From the sequence record NC_054925.1: a stretch of 64,000 nucleotides of DNA. The stretch is one strand, 5' to 3'. The notes beneath the pieces were generated by a model. The model did no database searches and was not told the origin of the DNA. It saw only the letters and a list, made by a program, of their open reading frames with translations. This document shows, one piece after another, positions 9,763-18,862 of the stretch. Every line of letters starts with the position of its first letter. The stretch's first letter is position 1. The stretch is from Escherichia phage vB_EcoM_NBG2. The position numbers and the translations under genes were made by a program.

Positions 9763-10232
9763 TTTAAACTCTTTCTAAGCTGCTTCTTAAATGAAGCTAT
9801 TAATTGTGTTTTAGTGTCAGATTCATTATATTCAAATCCTCTTTGAAGCATCTCGGCCATCATTTCCTCTTTTCCTAAACGAGAAAATTCCTTTGATTTA
9901 TCTCCAACAAAGTTAGGGTGAATATTATTTTGGGTGTAATCGGATTTTAAATAAGTAAGTAAATTTTCTAACCATTCAAGATAATCAACACCTTGTCCCT
10001 TTAAGCCAGAACGATTAAATTTATGTTTCATTTGACCTTCTGCCGCATTACAGAGATTACAGAGCAATCCACGTACCTTTCCAGCTTTCGGTCCATTTAA
10101 TTCATGGTCATGGTCAAGATGATTAGCTTGAACATCAGGATTTAATTCTCGTTGGCAAATTAAGCATTTACCATTTTGTGCATTATAAAATTTTTGTTTT
10201 TCTTCTTTGTATAATTTGCCAGTCAATAACAT
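9759..10232 (-). CDS. 49: endonuclease VII (Holliday-junction resolvase)
   Basis: 157 aa; MLLTGKLYKEEKQKFY.. with CxxC zinc site and HLDHDHE motif, matches T4 gp49 as recalled. Confidence 0.9.
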   Translation of the reverse strand: MLLTGKLYKEEKQKFYNAQNGKCLICQRELNPDVQANHLDHDHELNGPKAGKVRGLLCNLCNAAEGQMKHKFNRSGLKGQGVDYLEWLENLLTYLKSDYTQNNIHPNFVGDKSKEFSRLGKEEMMAEMLQRGFEYNESDTKTQLIASFKKQLRKSLK

Positions 10233-10274
10233 AATAAAACCCTTACCTTAAATAGATAAGGGTATTTATTATTT

Positions 10275-10451
10275 TCAAGTATTGTAAAACATTCGATGCA
10301 ATCGCTTATATTGCCGAATCATCTTTTTAGTAGGACGAGAATAAGTTCCTACACAAGTGGTCATATTAGGGTCTGTAGAATTTCCTTTAATAAAAAGTTT
10401 CCAAACCTTACCACCATTTAACTTTTCAGTATAAATCAATTCAGTTTTCAT
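10275..10451 (-). CDS. small ORF (58 aa), below ORF-track cutoff
   Basis: ATG overlaps upstream stop (TAATG); frame MKTELIYTEKLNGGKVWKLF. Confidence 0.35.
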   Translation of the reverse strand: MKTELIYTEKLNGGKVWKLFIKGNSTDPNMTTCVGTYSRPTKKMIRQYKRLHRMFYNT

Positions 10452-10897
10452 TAAAATGCTCGGTCAGAAAAAGAAATTTGAGTTTCAAGCCATTCAATAT
10501 ATTCTGCCGCAGCTTGCATCAAATTTCCTTCATAACCATCGTTATTTTCTTGCGCAGCCAATTTAGCTAATGCATATGAAATGCGTTCACCTTGAAAAGC
10601 GGCTTTAGGTTTATGAATAGCTTGATCAACTCGTTCTACAACTTCTTCAATTTCGCCATTTTCTACTGATTCAGTATTCCACAAGCACCAATACGTAATT
10701 GGCTTATCATAGATGTTAATAATCTTTCCGTCATAAAGTTCAATTTCAATAATTCCAGTATCAGGTTCTATATCATCTTCGCATTCTTTTGCAAGTTCAC
10801 GAACTTTAAAGACAGTACCTGCACTAAGTTCCGGCCAGTAATTACACAGCCCTTTATCAGCACGATTAATTCTAAACCACTTATCTACTGTAATCAT
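10451..10897 (-). CDS. hypothetical protein (148 aa, start revised)
   Basis: Start at MITVDKWF with GGAGATGG SD. Confidence 0.5.
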   Translation of the reverse strand: MITVDKWFRINRADKGLCNYWPELSAGTVFKVRELAKECEDDIEPDTGIIEIELYDGKIINIYDKPITYWCLWNTESVENGEIEEVVERVDQAIHKPKAAFQGERISYALAKLAAQENNDGYEGNLMQAAAEYIEWLETQISFSDRAF

Positions 10898-11020
10898 GTC
10901 CCATCTCCATATCAATTATGTCATTTATTGTAGGTTCATTATATACTGTTTCTTCATCAGTGTAAACCGGTTCTTCCGGCTCTGGCTCTACAGTTTCCCA
11001 TCTAGCCGCCCACCAGGGTT

Positions 11021-11329
11021 TTATAGCGTAATCCATTCTCGTATTGTCTGAGTTACTACACGTTCACGGGGTTCGACTAATTCAACAGTCGGAACTGCAT
11101 AATACCAGTCAGAATGATAAGAACCTGAACGGCATTCATTTACGGAAACATGTACATTATGTTTTGGGCTAAAATAAACACATTGCCGATATTGGCATTT
11201 GCCATCTTGTACCCAGTCTTCTATTTCGATAGGTTTAAGATAATCCGAAAAATCGAAATCATAATTTTCTGAAAATGCATCATGGTCTTCGATTATTTCG
11301 CTCAAAACTGCATCAACATCGTAAATCAT
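11021..11329 (-). CDS. hypothetical acidic protein (102 aa)
   Basis: ORF track. Confidence 0.45.
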   Translation of the reverse strand: MIYDVDAVLSEIIEDHDAFSENYDFDFSDYLKPIEIEDWVQDGKCQYRQCVYFSPKHNVHVSVNECRSGSYHSDWYYAVPTVELVEPRERVVTQTIREWITL

Positions 11330-11331
11330 AT

Positions 11332-11547
11332 TTACCCCAATTTAACCATGCAATCGCCATATTTCCATTTAGAAATAGACTTTTCACCGTTAGAATAATA
11401 AACTTCGAGTTTAGCGCGGCCATTTTTAATTTGAATAACCTTTGCTGTCATCAAAGTTCCATACCCATAGTAAACTGCAACCTCATCACCCACATATACC
11501 GCGCTTCCGCGGTAGTCATGGATATAATCAGTTCCTTCAAGCATCAT
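11332..11547 (-). CDS. hypothetical protein (71 aa)
   Basis: ORF track; 4-nt overlap with nrdC. Confidence 0.45.
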   Translation of the reverse strand: MMLEGTDYIHDYRGSAVYVGDEVAVYYGYGTLMTAKVIQIKNGRAKLEVYYSNGEKSISKWKYGDCMVKLG

Positions 11548-11807
11548 TTAAAGTATTCCCGCAATTGGTCAAATCCACCAATATGACTTCCATCAGGAGC
11601 AAATACCTGAGGCATCGTCAATCCGATTTGAGTATCACGACCCAGTTTAGTCAGAAGCTCAGCGATTTTCTCATCATCAAAAACACCTTTTTCCGGCATA
11701 ATATTGATAAATTCAAACGGCTGTTTCTTCACAGTCAAGAGACGTTTTGCATTATCGCAATACACACATTTGTGGATGTTGCTATCATAACCATATACTT
11801 TAAACAT
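11544..11807 (-). CDS. nrdC: phage thioredoxin/glutaredoxin
   Basis: 87 aa; MFKVYGYDSNIHKCVYCDNAKRLL with CVYC active site, matches T4 NrdC as recalled. Confidence 0.9.
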   Translation of the reverse strand: MFKVYGYDSNIHKCVYCDNAKRLLTVKKQPFEFINIMPEKGVFDDEKIAELLTKLGRDTQIGLTMPQVFAPDGSHIGGFDQLREYFK

Positions 11808-11808
11808 A

Positions 11809-12099
11809 TTATTCCTTAATTCCTAGTACTTGTTTAAAAATCTCGTCATAATCAAGACTTTGGCCCGTTTGTTCTTTATGTTTGTATATAATATCACTTA
11901 CTTCTGATAGCATATTTTTATATGAACGAGTTAAAGCAGATTTAAGAACGCTATATCTATCAGGAAATTTACCATGTTCATTATAATAAGCTATTGCTAA
12001 TTCACGGACTGCTTTTTCAGCAATCTCCATATATTCTTTACGCTTGGTCATTTTCTTCTCTCTCAAATCGGTGTTTGCAATGACGACATTTATATTCAA
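11809..12099 (-). CDS. hypothetical protein (96 aa)
   Basis: ORF track. Confidence 0.45.
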   Translation of the reverse strand: MNINVVIANTDLREKKMTKRKEYMEIAEKAVRELAIAYYNEHGKFPDRYSVLKSALTRSYKNMLSEVSDIIYKHKEQTGQSLDYDEIFKQVLGIKE

Positions 12100-12355
12100 G
12101 CTCTGGTTTACGCCAGTTAATCAATTGTACCTGTTCAGTACCACATTTTGGACAGTTCGGAACATTCTTAGAAGCTCTTTCGCGGCGTTCAACCATAACC
12201 ATAATGGCATCCCAAGCAGGAGGTTTAAAGTCTAGATCGTCACAGCCATGAATCTTTCCACGCATTTCCAGATCGTCTTCTTCGCCAGCCATAATAATTT
12301 TAATTAGACTAGAATTACTTGAAGCTGCAATATCTTCTAATAAGCGCTTTTTCAT
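12038..12355 (-). CDS. hypothetical zinc-ribbon protein (105 aa)
   Basis: CPKCG..(x17)..CRHCKH four-Cys motif; overlaps neighbours. Confidence 0.45.
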   Translation of the reverse strand: MKKRLLEDIAASSNSSLIKIIMAGEEDDLEMRGKIHGCDDLDFKPPAWDAIMVMVERRERASKNVPNCPKCGTEQVQLINWRKPELEYKCRHCKHRFEREENDQA

Positions 12356-13281
12356 TTCAATACCTCAATAGCATTACGTAAACCATTTGCTTTTGCATTA
12401 AGAGCTTTTAACAATTTAGTGTGTTCGGCAATCTGGGCTTCAACTTCAATCAAACGAGCATTGAGATATTCGCGTTCTTCGCTCAGGTTATCAACCTTTT
12501 CTACTTTAGGTTCTTTTACAACTGGCTTATATGTATTAGGGTTCTTCAGTTTAATTAGAATGCGTGAACTGTACAGCATTGAACCATTATCTTCGGTTTC
12601 GTCATACATTTCCACTACGTCCATCATCTCCACCATCGTGCAGAGTTTATAAGACAACGAACGAATAATTTTGTTGTGCTTATTAATTTCTCTAGCTGTC
12701 ATGGTGCCGAGATTACGTGAGTAATAATAAGGAACCTGGATATTAATTAATACTGATGAACCACCTGGCTTGTGTGTTACTTCATCAGCAATAACCCAAT
12801 CCTTAACATGAACTGTATTTGTACGGTCATCGCCCGCGGTAAATAGTTTACGAGCATGCTTAAAAAGCATATTCACTTGGTCATTGAATTGACAAGCGAA
12901 TTTATCAGCAAATTTAGTTTCGGGAATGGTAGATAACCAATCAGCCAAATGGGTCTTTTTAACATCGTTAACAATAGTAAATTCAACCAAATCGGTTATA
13001 GATGTCTCAGATTTAATGAAGCTCGGCTTCATAAAGTTTTTAATGTTATCACTAGCTACAGTAGAAGATAACAGACGAGAACGTTTAAACCATTGAAGCA
13101 AATTGCCTAACGAATGAGAATAAGCGTTTTGAGTATCTTTACAGATATGATTTTCCTGGCCAACATATTGAAGGAAATCACGAAGAATATTATTGATTAC
13201 TGCTCTGTGTCCGATCTGATAATTACGGTGTTTAGTAATAAGACTGTCAAAATAATCAATATAATGTTTACGAGTTTTCAT
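12352..13281 (-). CDS. hypothetical protein with C-terminal coiled coil (309 aa), paralog family member 1
   Basis: ORF track; C-terminal heptad region EEREYLNARLIEVEAQIAEHTKLLKALNAKANGL. Confidence 0.6.
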   Translation of the reverse strand: MKTRKHYIDYFDSLITKHRNYQIGHRAVINNILRDFLQYVGQENHICKDTQNAYSHSLGNLLQWFKRSRLLSSTVASDNIKNFMKPSFIKSETSITDLVEFTIVNDVKKTHLADWLSTIPETKFADKFACQFNDQVNMLFKHARKLFTAGDDRTNTVHVKDWVIADEVTHKPGGSSVLINIQVPYYYSRNLGTMTAREINKHNKIIRSLSYKLCTMVEMMDVVEMYDETEDNGSMLYSSRILIKLKNPNTYKPVVKEPKVEKVDNLSEEREYLNARLIEVEAQIAEHTKLLKALNAKANGLRNAIEVLK

Positions 13282-13335
13282 GTTCTTCTCACTTGGTTAA
13301 TGGTTTATACTCCGAGCCATCCTTGGCTTTAAATT

Positions 13336-14337
13336 TTACTTAATTAACTGTAAAGCTTGTTCAAGACGATCCAGGCGATTAACAGATTCTTCCCAAATCC
13401 TTTTAGCCTGCTCATATTCTTTCTGTGCTTTATTAGAAATTTCTAGAACTTCTTTATAAGCTTTTTCTAATGCAATAACTTCTGGACGAATTTCTATCGG
13501 TTCAGGTGAATCGTCAAGACATTCCATTAGTTCCTCAAGGGTAGTTTCTTCTTTAGGAGTATTCACAATTTCATCACATTTTTGCTGGTAAATTTCTTTA
13601 TCAGTCGGTGAGTACGCACACTTTACTTCACGAAGACTAACTACAATTTTATATCCTTCCCAGCCGCATATATTCTTAAAAGGATATGTATGAATATTTT
13701 CTACTGTTTCCATACAAAGTAATGCGGTCTCTAATTGACGAGTTATAGTACTAGCAATTGAGAAAAATTTATTAATGTTCTTTTGGTTAGCTTCTGGTGT
13801 AAAAAATCTGTAATTAATAAAAATAGCTACTTTGTTTTTATCAAGCTCATATTCTTCTGCTATAATCATATCATCAGCTAAGGGATGAATTGTACGATAA
13901 TCACCATAACATAATTTAGAAGCTGATTTTAGAATCTGTCCTTTGAAAAGTCTGAAATTACTAATCCAACGACGAGTAAAAATATTCTCGGTGTCTTCTT
14001 TGACATTAAGATGATAAGAATTAACATCACCGAACCAATTATATCCTACTACATCTTTGGTTCGTTTAATTTCTTTCCCAAAATTACCAAGAATATCCCG
14101 ATTAACCAAATATGAAAGAAGACGAGACTCTTTAAAGGCTTTCTTGATAACATCTTTATCTACACGGCTAGAAATTTTACGAATTTCATGAATAAATTTA
14201 ACAGAAGAAACAATACTTGCGTCAACACTATTGAGCCATTGATTGATAATGGAAATAACGCTATTTTGGCCAAACAACGGTATAGCTTTATCATCAATAA
14301 CGCTATTGAATGATTTGATATATTCGTTACGAGTCAT
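13336..14337 (-). CDS. hypothetical protein with C-terminal coiled coil (333 aa, start revised), paralog family member 2
   Basis: Start at MTRNEY with GGAG SD, downstream of an early promoter; C-terminal coiled coil. Confidence 0.6.
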   Translation of the reverse strand: MTRNEYIKSFNSVIDDKAIPLFGQNSVISIINQWLNSVDASIVSSVKFIHEIRKISSRVDKDVIKKAFKESRLLSYLVNRDILGNFGKEIKRTKDVVGYNWFGDVNSYHLNVKEDTENIFTRRWISNFRLFKGQILKSASKLCYGDYRTIHPLADDMIIAEEYELDKNKVAIFINYRFFTPEANQKNINKFFSIASTITRQLETALLCMETVENIHTYPFKNICGWEGYKIVVSLREVKCAYSPTDKEIYQQKCDEIVNTPKEETTLEELMECLDDSPEPIEIRPEVIALEKAYKEVLEISNKAQKEYEQAKRIWEESVNRLDRLEQALQLIK

Positions 14338-14359
14338 ATTAATCTCCTCAGTAGAAAGT

Positions 14360-14400
14360 AAGAACATTATACCACATCCTTGTGGTAAAGTAAACTAGTT
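14360..14400 (-). promoter_or_regulatory. early promoter
   Basis: Minus strand GTTTAC (14395..14390) and TGGTATAAT (14374..14366). Confidence 0.55.
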
Positions 14401-15423
14401 CAGTGCATTTAGTGCATTGTTCAGTTTAGAACGTTGCTTCGTGAGATTTTTGACTTTTTCTTGAGCTTTTTCTAACATCTTTTCAGCTTCTAACACTTCA
14501 TTAGTTGCTTTAACGAGTTCATCATCTACTGCCTTGATAGACTTCTCAATCGCATCAGCATGCCATTTTTCAACAGGTTTAAGACTCGGATTTTCAACAG
14601 GAAGAAAATTCACTTTATTGAATTTCCATGCATCCTTATTACCTGAACTATACATCCAAAATTTAGGATCGTTTGATGAGTAATTGGATAAATTTAAATT
14701 TAAGTTATCTTGCACTTCCTGCTTTTTCTCTTGCGTGACTTCATCCTTTCTCAAAAAATCGTATTTAAATGAAACGATCATATCAAGTTCATATGTTGTT
14801 GTGTCTAATTTAAATCGTTCGAAATGCTTTGAAATCTTAGACTGAACAGCGGCAACAACATCCATATACTTAAATGCTTCTGTCAACTGCGATTTAAGGC
14901 ATTCACAAATTGAAAGAGAATTTTTTGTATTAGGTTTAAAGCTAATTCGTGCAGTTCTATTATTTTCTTTTAATGGTCTTACTTCCATCTGAAGAGTATA
15001 ACCATCAAATTTCAGATTCTTTAAGTTAATATCAGAACCTTTTAATCGACTCGCAGTTGATAAAATTTGCTTTAATTGTCTACGGAACAGAGCAATAAAT
15101 CTCCATTCAATACGATAATGATTTGGATTGAAAAATCCAGATGATAAATCAACCTTACTCTGACCAACGCCTTGAACAAATAGAGGATTTTTATAATCAA
15201 TAGTTTTACAGAAATCGGTGAGCTGCTCACGAGCAGTCATTTGCGTAATATACCCTGCTTTACTAAAATTACGCACCCATTCACTGCTATTCTTATACTT
15301 AAAGTGATGAATAGTACGATTAACTTTATCAAGGTCTAAATTATTTTCACACAAAAATGTCATAACATCACGAGTATCGCTGGCATTACGAACCATATCT
15401 TCAATTTGAGAACGAGTTTTCAT
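14395..15423 (-). CDS. hypothetical protein with C-terminal coiled coil (342 aa), paralog family member 3
   Basis: ORF track; C-terminal coiled coil ...EAEKMLEKAQEKVKNLTKQRSKLNNALNALN. Confidence 0.6.
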   Translation of the reverse strand: MKTRSQIEDMVRNASDTRDVMTFLCENNLDLDKVNRTIHHFKYKNSSEWVRNFSKAGYITQMTAREQLTDFCKTIDYKNPLFVQGVGQSKVDLSSGFFNPNHYRIEWRFIALFRRQLKQILSTASRLKGSDINLKNLKFDGYTLQMEVRPLKENNRTARISFKPNTKNSLSICECLKSQLTEAFKYMDVVAAVQSKISKHFERFKLDTTTYELDMIVSFKYDFLRKDEVTQEKKQEVQDNLNLNLSNYSSNDPKFWMYSSGNKDAWKFNKVNFLPVENPSLKPVEKWHADAIEKSIKAVDDELVKATNEVLEAEKMLEKAQEKVKNLTKQRSKLNNALNALN

Positions 15424-15431
15424 AGTGTTCC

Positions 15432-16337
15432 TTAAGATTTAAGTAAATCAACAATTTTAATTAACTTTTCACGCTCAGATTTAGCTTTACTACTCAATCC
15501 AGATAGTCTGAAAATTTCATCGTCATACTGTTGAATAGAAATATTCAGCTCTTCAATCTGTTTATTAAAATAATCAATTTGTTCAGAGTGTTTTTCGTTA
15601 CTACGAACTGGTACAGGTTTCGTAGGCAATTTAGTTGAACTGGATTCATCCGGGCGATAAATCAAAATGCAATTTGAACCAATCGGGCATTTAGCACCAG
15701 ACGTATATTCTAATGTTCCAGCTTCTTTTAAAACTTCAAAAGCTAAACAGAGATGATGCCCCATATTAGCATAATCTGTAGAGTAAGCTCTGATGTAATA
15801 ATCATCTCCACGAATACTAAATTTAAAGCATTTAAGGTCTTCTGTATTATTGGTCTTAAAAATCATTTGTTTATCTAGACCTTTAGCTAATCGAGCGCCT
15901 AATGCTAATAATCGTCTTTGATTTTCCCACAAATCCGCAATCATTTGATCGAATGATAATTTTGGCATTAGTCGACCATAAAGGTCATATCCTTTATTAT
16001 AATTACGAAGGATTTCACTCGCATTAATGCGAGACAACGCTCCAATTTTATTAAGGGCTTTCATAATACGATTAGATAAACTCATTCCAGACCCATTTGT
16101 TCGCTGTAGATGTTTTTCTAATCCAAATCCAATATCAACTTTAAACTTATCTAAAATTTCGGCATGAACATCTCTATCAATAACATTCAAATCCAAAGTT
16201 GGGTTAAATCTATGAAAAAATTTATCTGGCTCTCCACGACGAAATACAGTCCATTCATTCATCATTTTTTTATTAACTAAAGATTTAATTACTGCATTGA
16301 CATTATTAATTACTACTGACATATTTTCCTCACTCAA
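15432..16337 (-). CDS. hypothetical protein with C-terminal coiled coil (301 aa), paralog family member 4
   Basis: ORF track; C-terminal coiled coil QIEELNISIQQYDDEIFRL... Confidence 0.6.
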   Translation of the reverse strand: MSEENMSVVINNVNAVIKSLVNKKMMNEWTVFRRGEPDKFFHRFNPTLDLNVIDRDVHAEILDKFKVDIGFGLEKHLQRTNGSGMSLSNRIMKALNKIGALSRINASEILRNYNKGYDLYGRLMPKLSFDQMIADLWENQRRLLALGARLAKGLDKQMIFKTNNTEDLKCFKFSIRGDDYYIRAYSTDYANMGHHLCLAFEVLKEAGTLEYTSGAKCPIGSNCILIYRPDESSSTKLPTKPVPVRSNEKHSEQIDYFNKQIEELNISIQQYDDEIFRLSGLSSKAKSEREKLIKIVDLLKS

Positions 16338-16731
16338 TTTTACTAATTACGCGAAATAAGATTGAACAGACTACATAAGCACCGCACACAGATTGAACTA
16401 ATACCATTCCAAAGAACCAAATAATATTATCAAACCATGTCTGTTTTACGTCGAAAGGACGTAAACTTACAGTAATATTATCGCCTTTTTCTATTGAAGA
16501 ATACATCTCTGGTGAAATATATTCACTAAATCTATAACCGTCATTTAGTTCATATACAGCAATAAACGATAAACTAGACCCCTTTCCTTGAGTTCCTGTA
16601 AGGGTATTAACTACAGTAACATCATAATCTTTATAATGCATATAATCATTAATAGCATAATAACCATATGCAATTACTATACATAAACAACATATCAATA
16701 AATTCAATCTTTTAATTATCAACTGTTTCAT
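16330..16731 (-). CDS. membrane protein (133 aa, two predicted TM helices)
   Basis: Hydrophobic segments at N- and C-termini. Confidence 0.5.
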   Translation of the reverse strand: MKQLIIKRLNLLICCLCIVIAYGYYAINDYMHYKDYDVTVVNTLTGTQGKGSSLSFIAVYELNDGYRFSEYISPEMYSSIEKGDNITVSLRPFDVKQTWFDNIIWFFGMVLVQSVCGAYVVCSILFRVISKIE

Positions 16732-16786
16732 AATAATCTCAATTAAAAGGGCTTAGAACCATTATACCATCCTTGGTATAAAGCAG

Positions 16787-17314
16787 TTATGCGAGTACCG
16801 TCTTTAACCGTTCTTCAAACTTCCGAAGAGTATTTTGGCGTTCAGCTCTTTGCTTTTTGTAAGTTTCAATACGCTCTGAAATGAGAGTGTATCGTTCATT
16901 TACTGATTCTTTCATAAAATCAGGAATTTCACGAGAAGCTTTAATCTCATCAAATTTATCAATAACAGCTTGCTCTTCAGCAATTAAGTTATCATACATT
17001 AAAATATCTTTCTTGATGAACTCAATATCTTCTTGAGTTACACGAGATAATTTAGATACTTTATCCTTTTTGTACTGTTCGTTAGTATCACGAGACCAGT
17101 GCAATGTACGATTTTTATTCGTATTCTTGTAAATTTCTACAATACCAATCTCATCGATAATAACGATCCAATTCCAACGGGATTTGTAAATTTGTCCTCC
17201 ATCAACAGTGATTTCACCTCCGATTGAGATGTCATTAAAGAACTTACTTTGTGCTTCAGATTTAAATTTACCATCGTTGTAATTTACCAAGTTGAAAATA
17301 TCTTTAGCGTTCAT
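16787..17314 (-). CDS. hypothetical protein (175 aa)
   Basis: ORF track; early promoter and GGAGGA SD upstream. Confidence 0.55.
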   Translation of the reverse strand: MNAKDIFNLVNYNDGKFKSEAQSKFFNDISIGGEITVDGGQIYKSRWNWIVIIDEIGIVEIYKNTNKNRTLHWSRDTNEQYKKDKVSKLSRVTQEDIEFIKKDILMYDNLIAEEQAVIDKFDEIKASREIPDFMKESVNERYTLISERIETYKKQRAERQNTLRKFEERLKTVLA

Positions 17315-17332
17315 TTTGTGTTCCTCCGTAGT

Positions 17333-17375
17333 TGATAGTTGTATAGTACCACAGAGGAACAGTCTTGTAAACCAC
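17333..17375 (-). promoter_or_regulatory. early promoter with conserved leader
   Basis: Minus strand GTTTAC (17372..17367) and TGGTACTATAC; leader CAACTATCAAC repeated at other promoters. Confidence 0.55.
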
Positions 17376-17677
17376 TAAAAGAAACTTCTTTCACAATTTT
17401 TTCCACTGAACCATGCGCTTACCGCTTTCTTAGTCTCAGGAGCAGTGTTATCCATAAACCATTCAAAGGCAGCCTTTTTATGATTCTGGAGGGCTTCTCG
17501 GGCTTTAATCTGCTCACGGTCTATTAACACTAACATATGAGCCTTTCTTGTCACCATGGGCTTCTTATGATTTTTTGAATACTCCCAGTCATTTGTCCAT
17601 CGCATTGTCGTTGCAAATTGAAATACAGCTTCTTTAATCTTAGTTTCGTAAATTTCACGAGCCTTTGAGTATAACAT
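17375..17677 (-). CDS. hypothetical protein (100 aa, start revised)
   Basis: Start at MLYSKAREIY with GGAGGT SD. Confidence 0.5.
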   Translation of the reverse strand: MLYSKAREIYETKIKEAVFQFATTMRWTNDWEYSKNHKKPMVTRKAHMLVLIDREQIKAREALQNHKKAAFEWFMDNTAPETKKAVSAWFSGKNCERSFF

Positions 17678-17778
17678 CACTACCTCCATTTACCAGTTTA
17701 ATTCTAGTCATCTTTTTAATGGCAGTCCATATAATCTATTTCTGAACTGCCTTTTTGTCATAGAAGTCCTCTTATGAA

Positions 17779-18747
17779 TTATTTCAGAAGAGTAACCTCA
17801 GCAATTTCTTCCCAACCGTTTTTGTCGGTCATAATAAAGTCAGCAAGATAAAGAGCAGTACGCAGTGAAACATTGCGTAAACGATTAACATTGACTTTCA
17901 TCCATGATAATGCTTTATAAGTTTCTTCATCAGAAAGACCGCGCTTTTGCATCATGTCAGTTGAAAGAATAACATCTTCAACCCTGACCATAATTTCTTC
18001 ATTAGTGTGAACACCCAAATCTAAATAAACCGAGCGGGACACTAATGCTTGTAAATGTGGAGCAAGTTTAGTACCGCGGTCTAATTCGCGGTCAATGTCA
18101 ACGTTTGTGATAAAAACAATCGTTCCTTTAAATTCAAACTCACGGTCAATGCCTTTTTCTTCTAAGTAAGAAGATGCAGTGCTCCAGCAGACTTTACGGG
18201 TCTCTCCAGTGTCCAGAGCAGCTTTTAGAAGATTAAGAATGTCCATATCAGAGAAAACATCCACATCATCAATCAAAAGGACAGAGTTCTCTTCACGATT
18301 ATACCAAAGCTGCTCATAAAGACCAATACCAGAGATTTTACCATTAATGCTTTTATATTCAATGTATCCAATATCGTTTGCTTTATTTAAAGCTTTATCT
18401 AAAGAATACGTTTTACCAATACCTGCTGCGCCAGAGATAATTAATGAACGAATATTTCCATTAATAATACCATTCGTCATCATTCCCATAACATTAAATC
18501 TTTTATTAATGCGGGTTTTCATATCTTCATATGATTCTTTAACTTCTTCAACTTTTACACCATCATATGAAATATCTGATTTGTAAACCCAAACACCACG
18601 ACGTTTACCGTCAATTTCAACAAAAACTTTACCATCTCCTTGTGCATCTACCGGAGCATTATCTGGGAACCATTCGCCTAAGAGCTCAAAAGTTCCAGAG
18701 ATTTCTTTACCGAAGTAGATACCCTTATTGATAGTTACAGTTTTCAT
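17779..18747 (-). CDS. P-loop NTPase (AAA-like ATPase) of unknown function (322 aa, start revised)
   Basis: Walker A SGAAGIGKT, Walker B VLLIDDVD; start at MKTVTINKG with GGAGA SD and early promoter upstream. Confidence 0.65.
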   Translation of the reverse strand: MKTVTINKGIYFGKEISGTFELLGEWFPDNAPVDAQGDGKVFVEIDGKRRGVWVYKSDISYDGVKVEEVKESYEDMKTRINKRFNVMGMMTNGIINGNIRSLIISGAAGIGKTYSLDKALNKANDIGYIEYKSINGKISGIGLYEQLWYNREENSVLLIDDVDVFSDMDILNLLKAALDTGETRKVCWSTASSYLEEKGIDREFEFKGTIVFITNVDIDRELDRGTKLAPHLQALVSRSVYLDLGVHTNEEIMVRVEDVILSTDMMQKRGLSDEETYKALSWMKVNVNRLRNVSLRTALYLADFIMTDKNGWEEIAEVTLLK

Positions 18748-18774
18748 TTTATTCTCCAAATCCGTATCAGTTGA

Positions 18775-18815
18775 TAGTTGTATAGTACCATAAAGCTTTA
18801 TGCTTGTAAACAGTT
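18775..18815 (-). promoter_or_regulatory. early promoter with conserved leader, preceded by terminator hairpin
   Basis: Minus strand GTTTAC (18811..18806) and TGGTACTATAC (18790..18781). Confidence 0.55.
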
Positions 18816-18834
18816 TTGTGAAAAATTTTTGAAA

Positions 18835-18862
18835 TAAAAAAGGGAGCCCGAAGGCTCCCTTA
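18835..18862 (-). terminator. intrinsic terminator after NTase-fold gene
   Basis: Minus strand GGGAGCC-TTCG-GGCTCCC followed by TTTTTT. Confidence 0.65.

Noticed and set aside
11275-11819. Plus-strand ORFs 11275-11586 (103 aa) and 11442-11819 (125 aa)
   Set aside because: Entirely antisense to well-supported minus-strand genes including nrdC; low-complexity translations; no promoter or SD in the right place.
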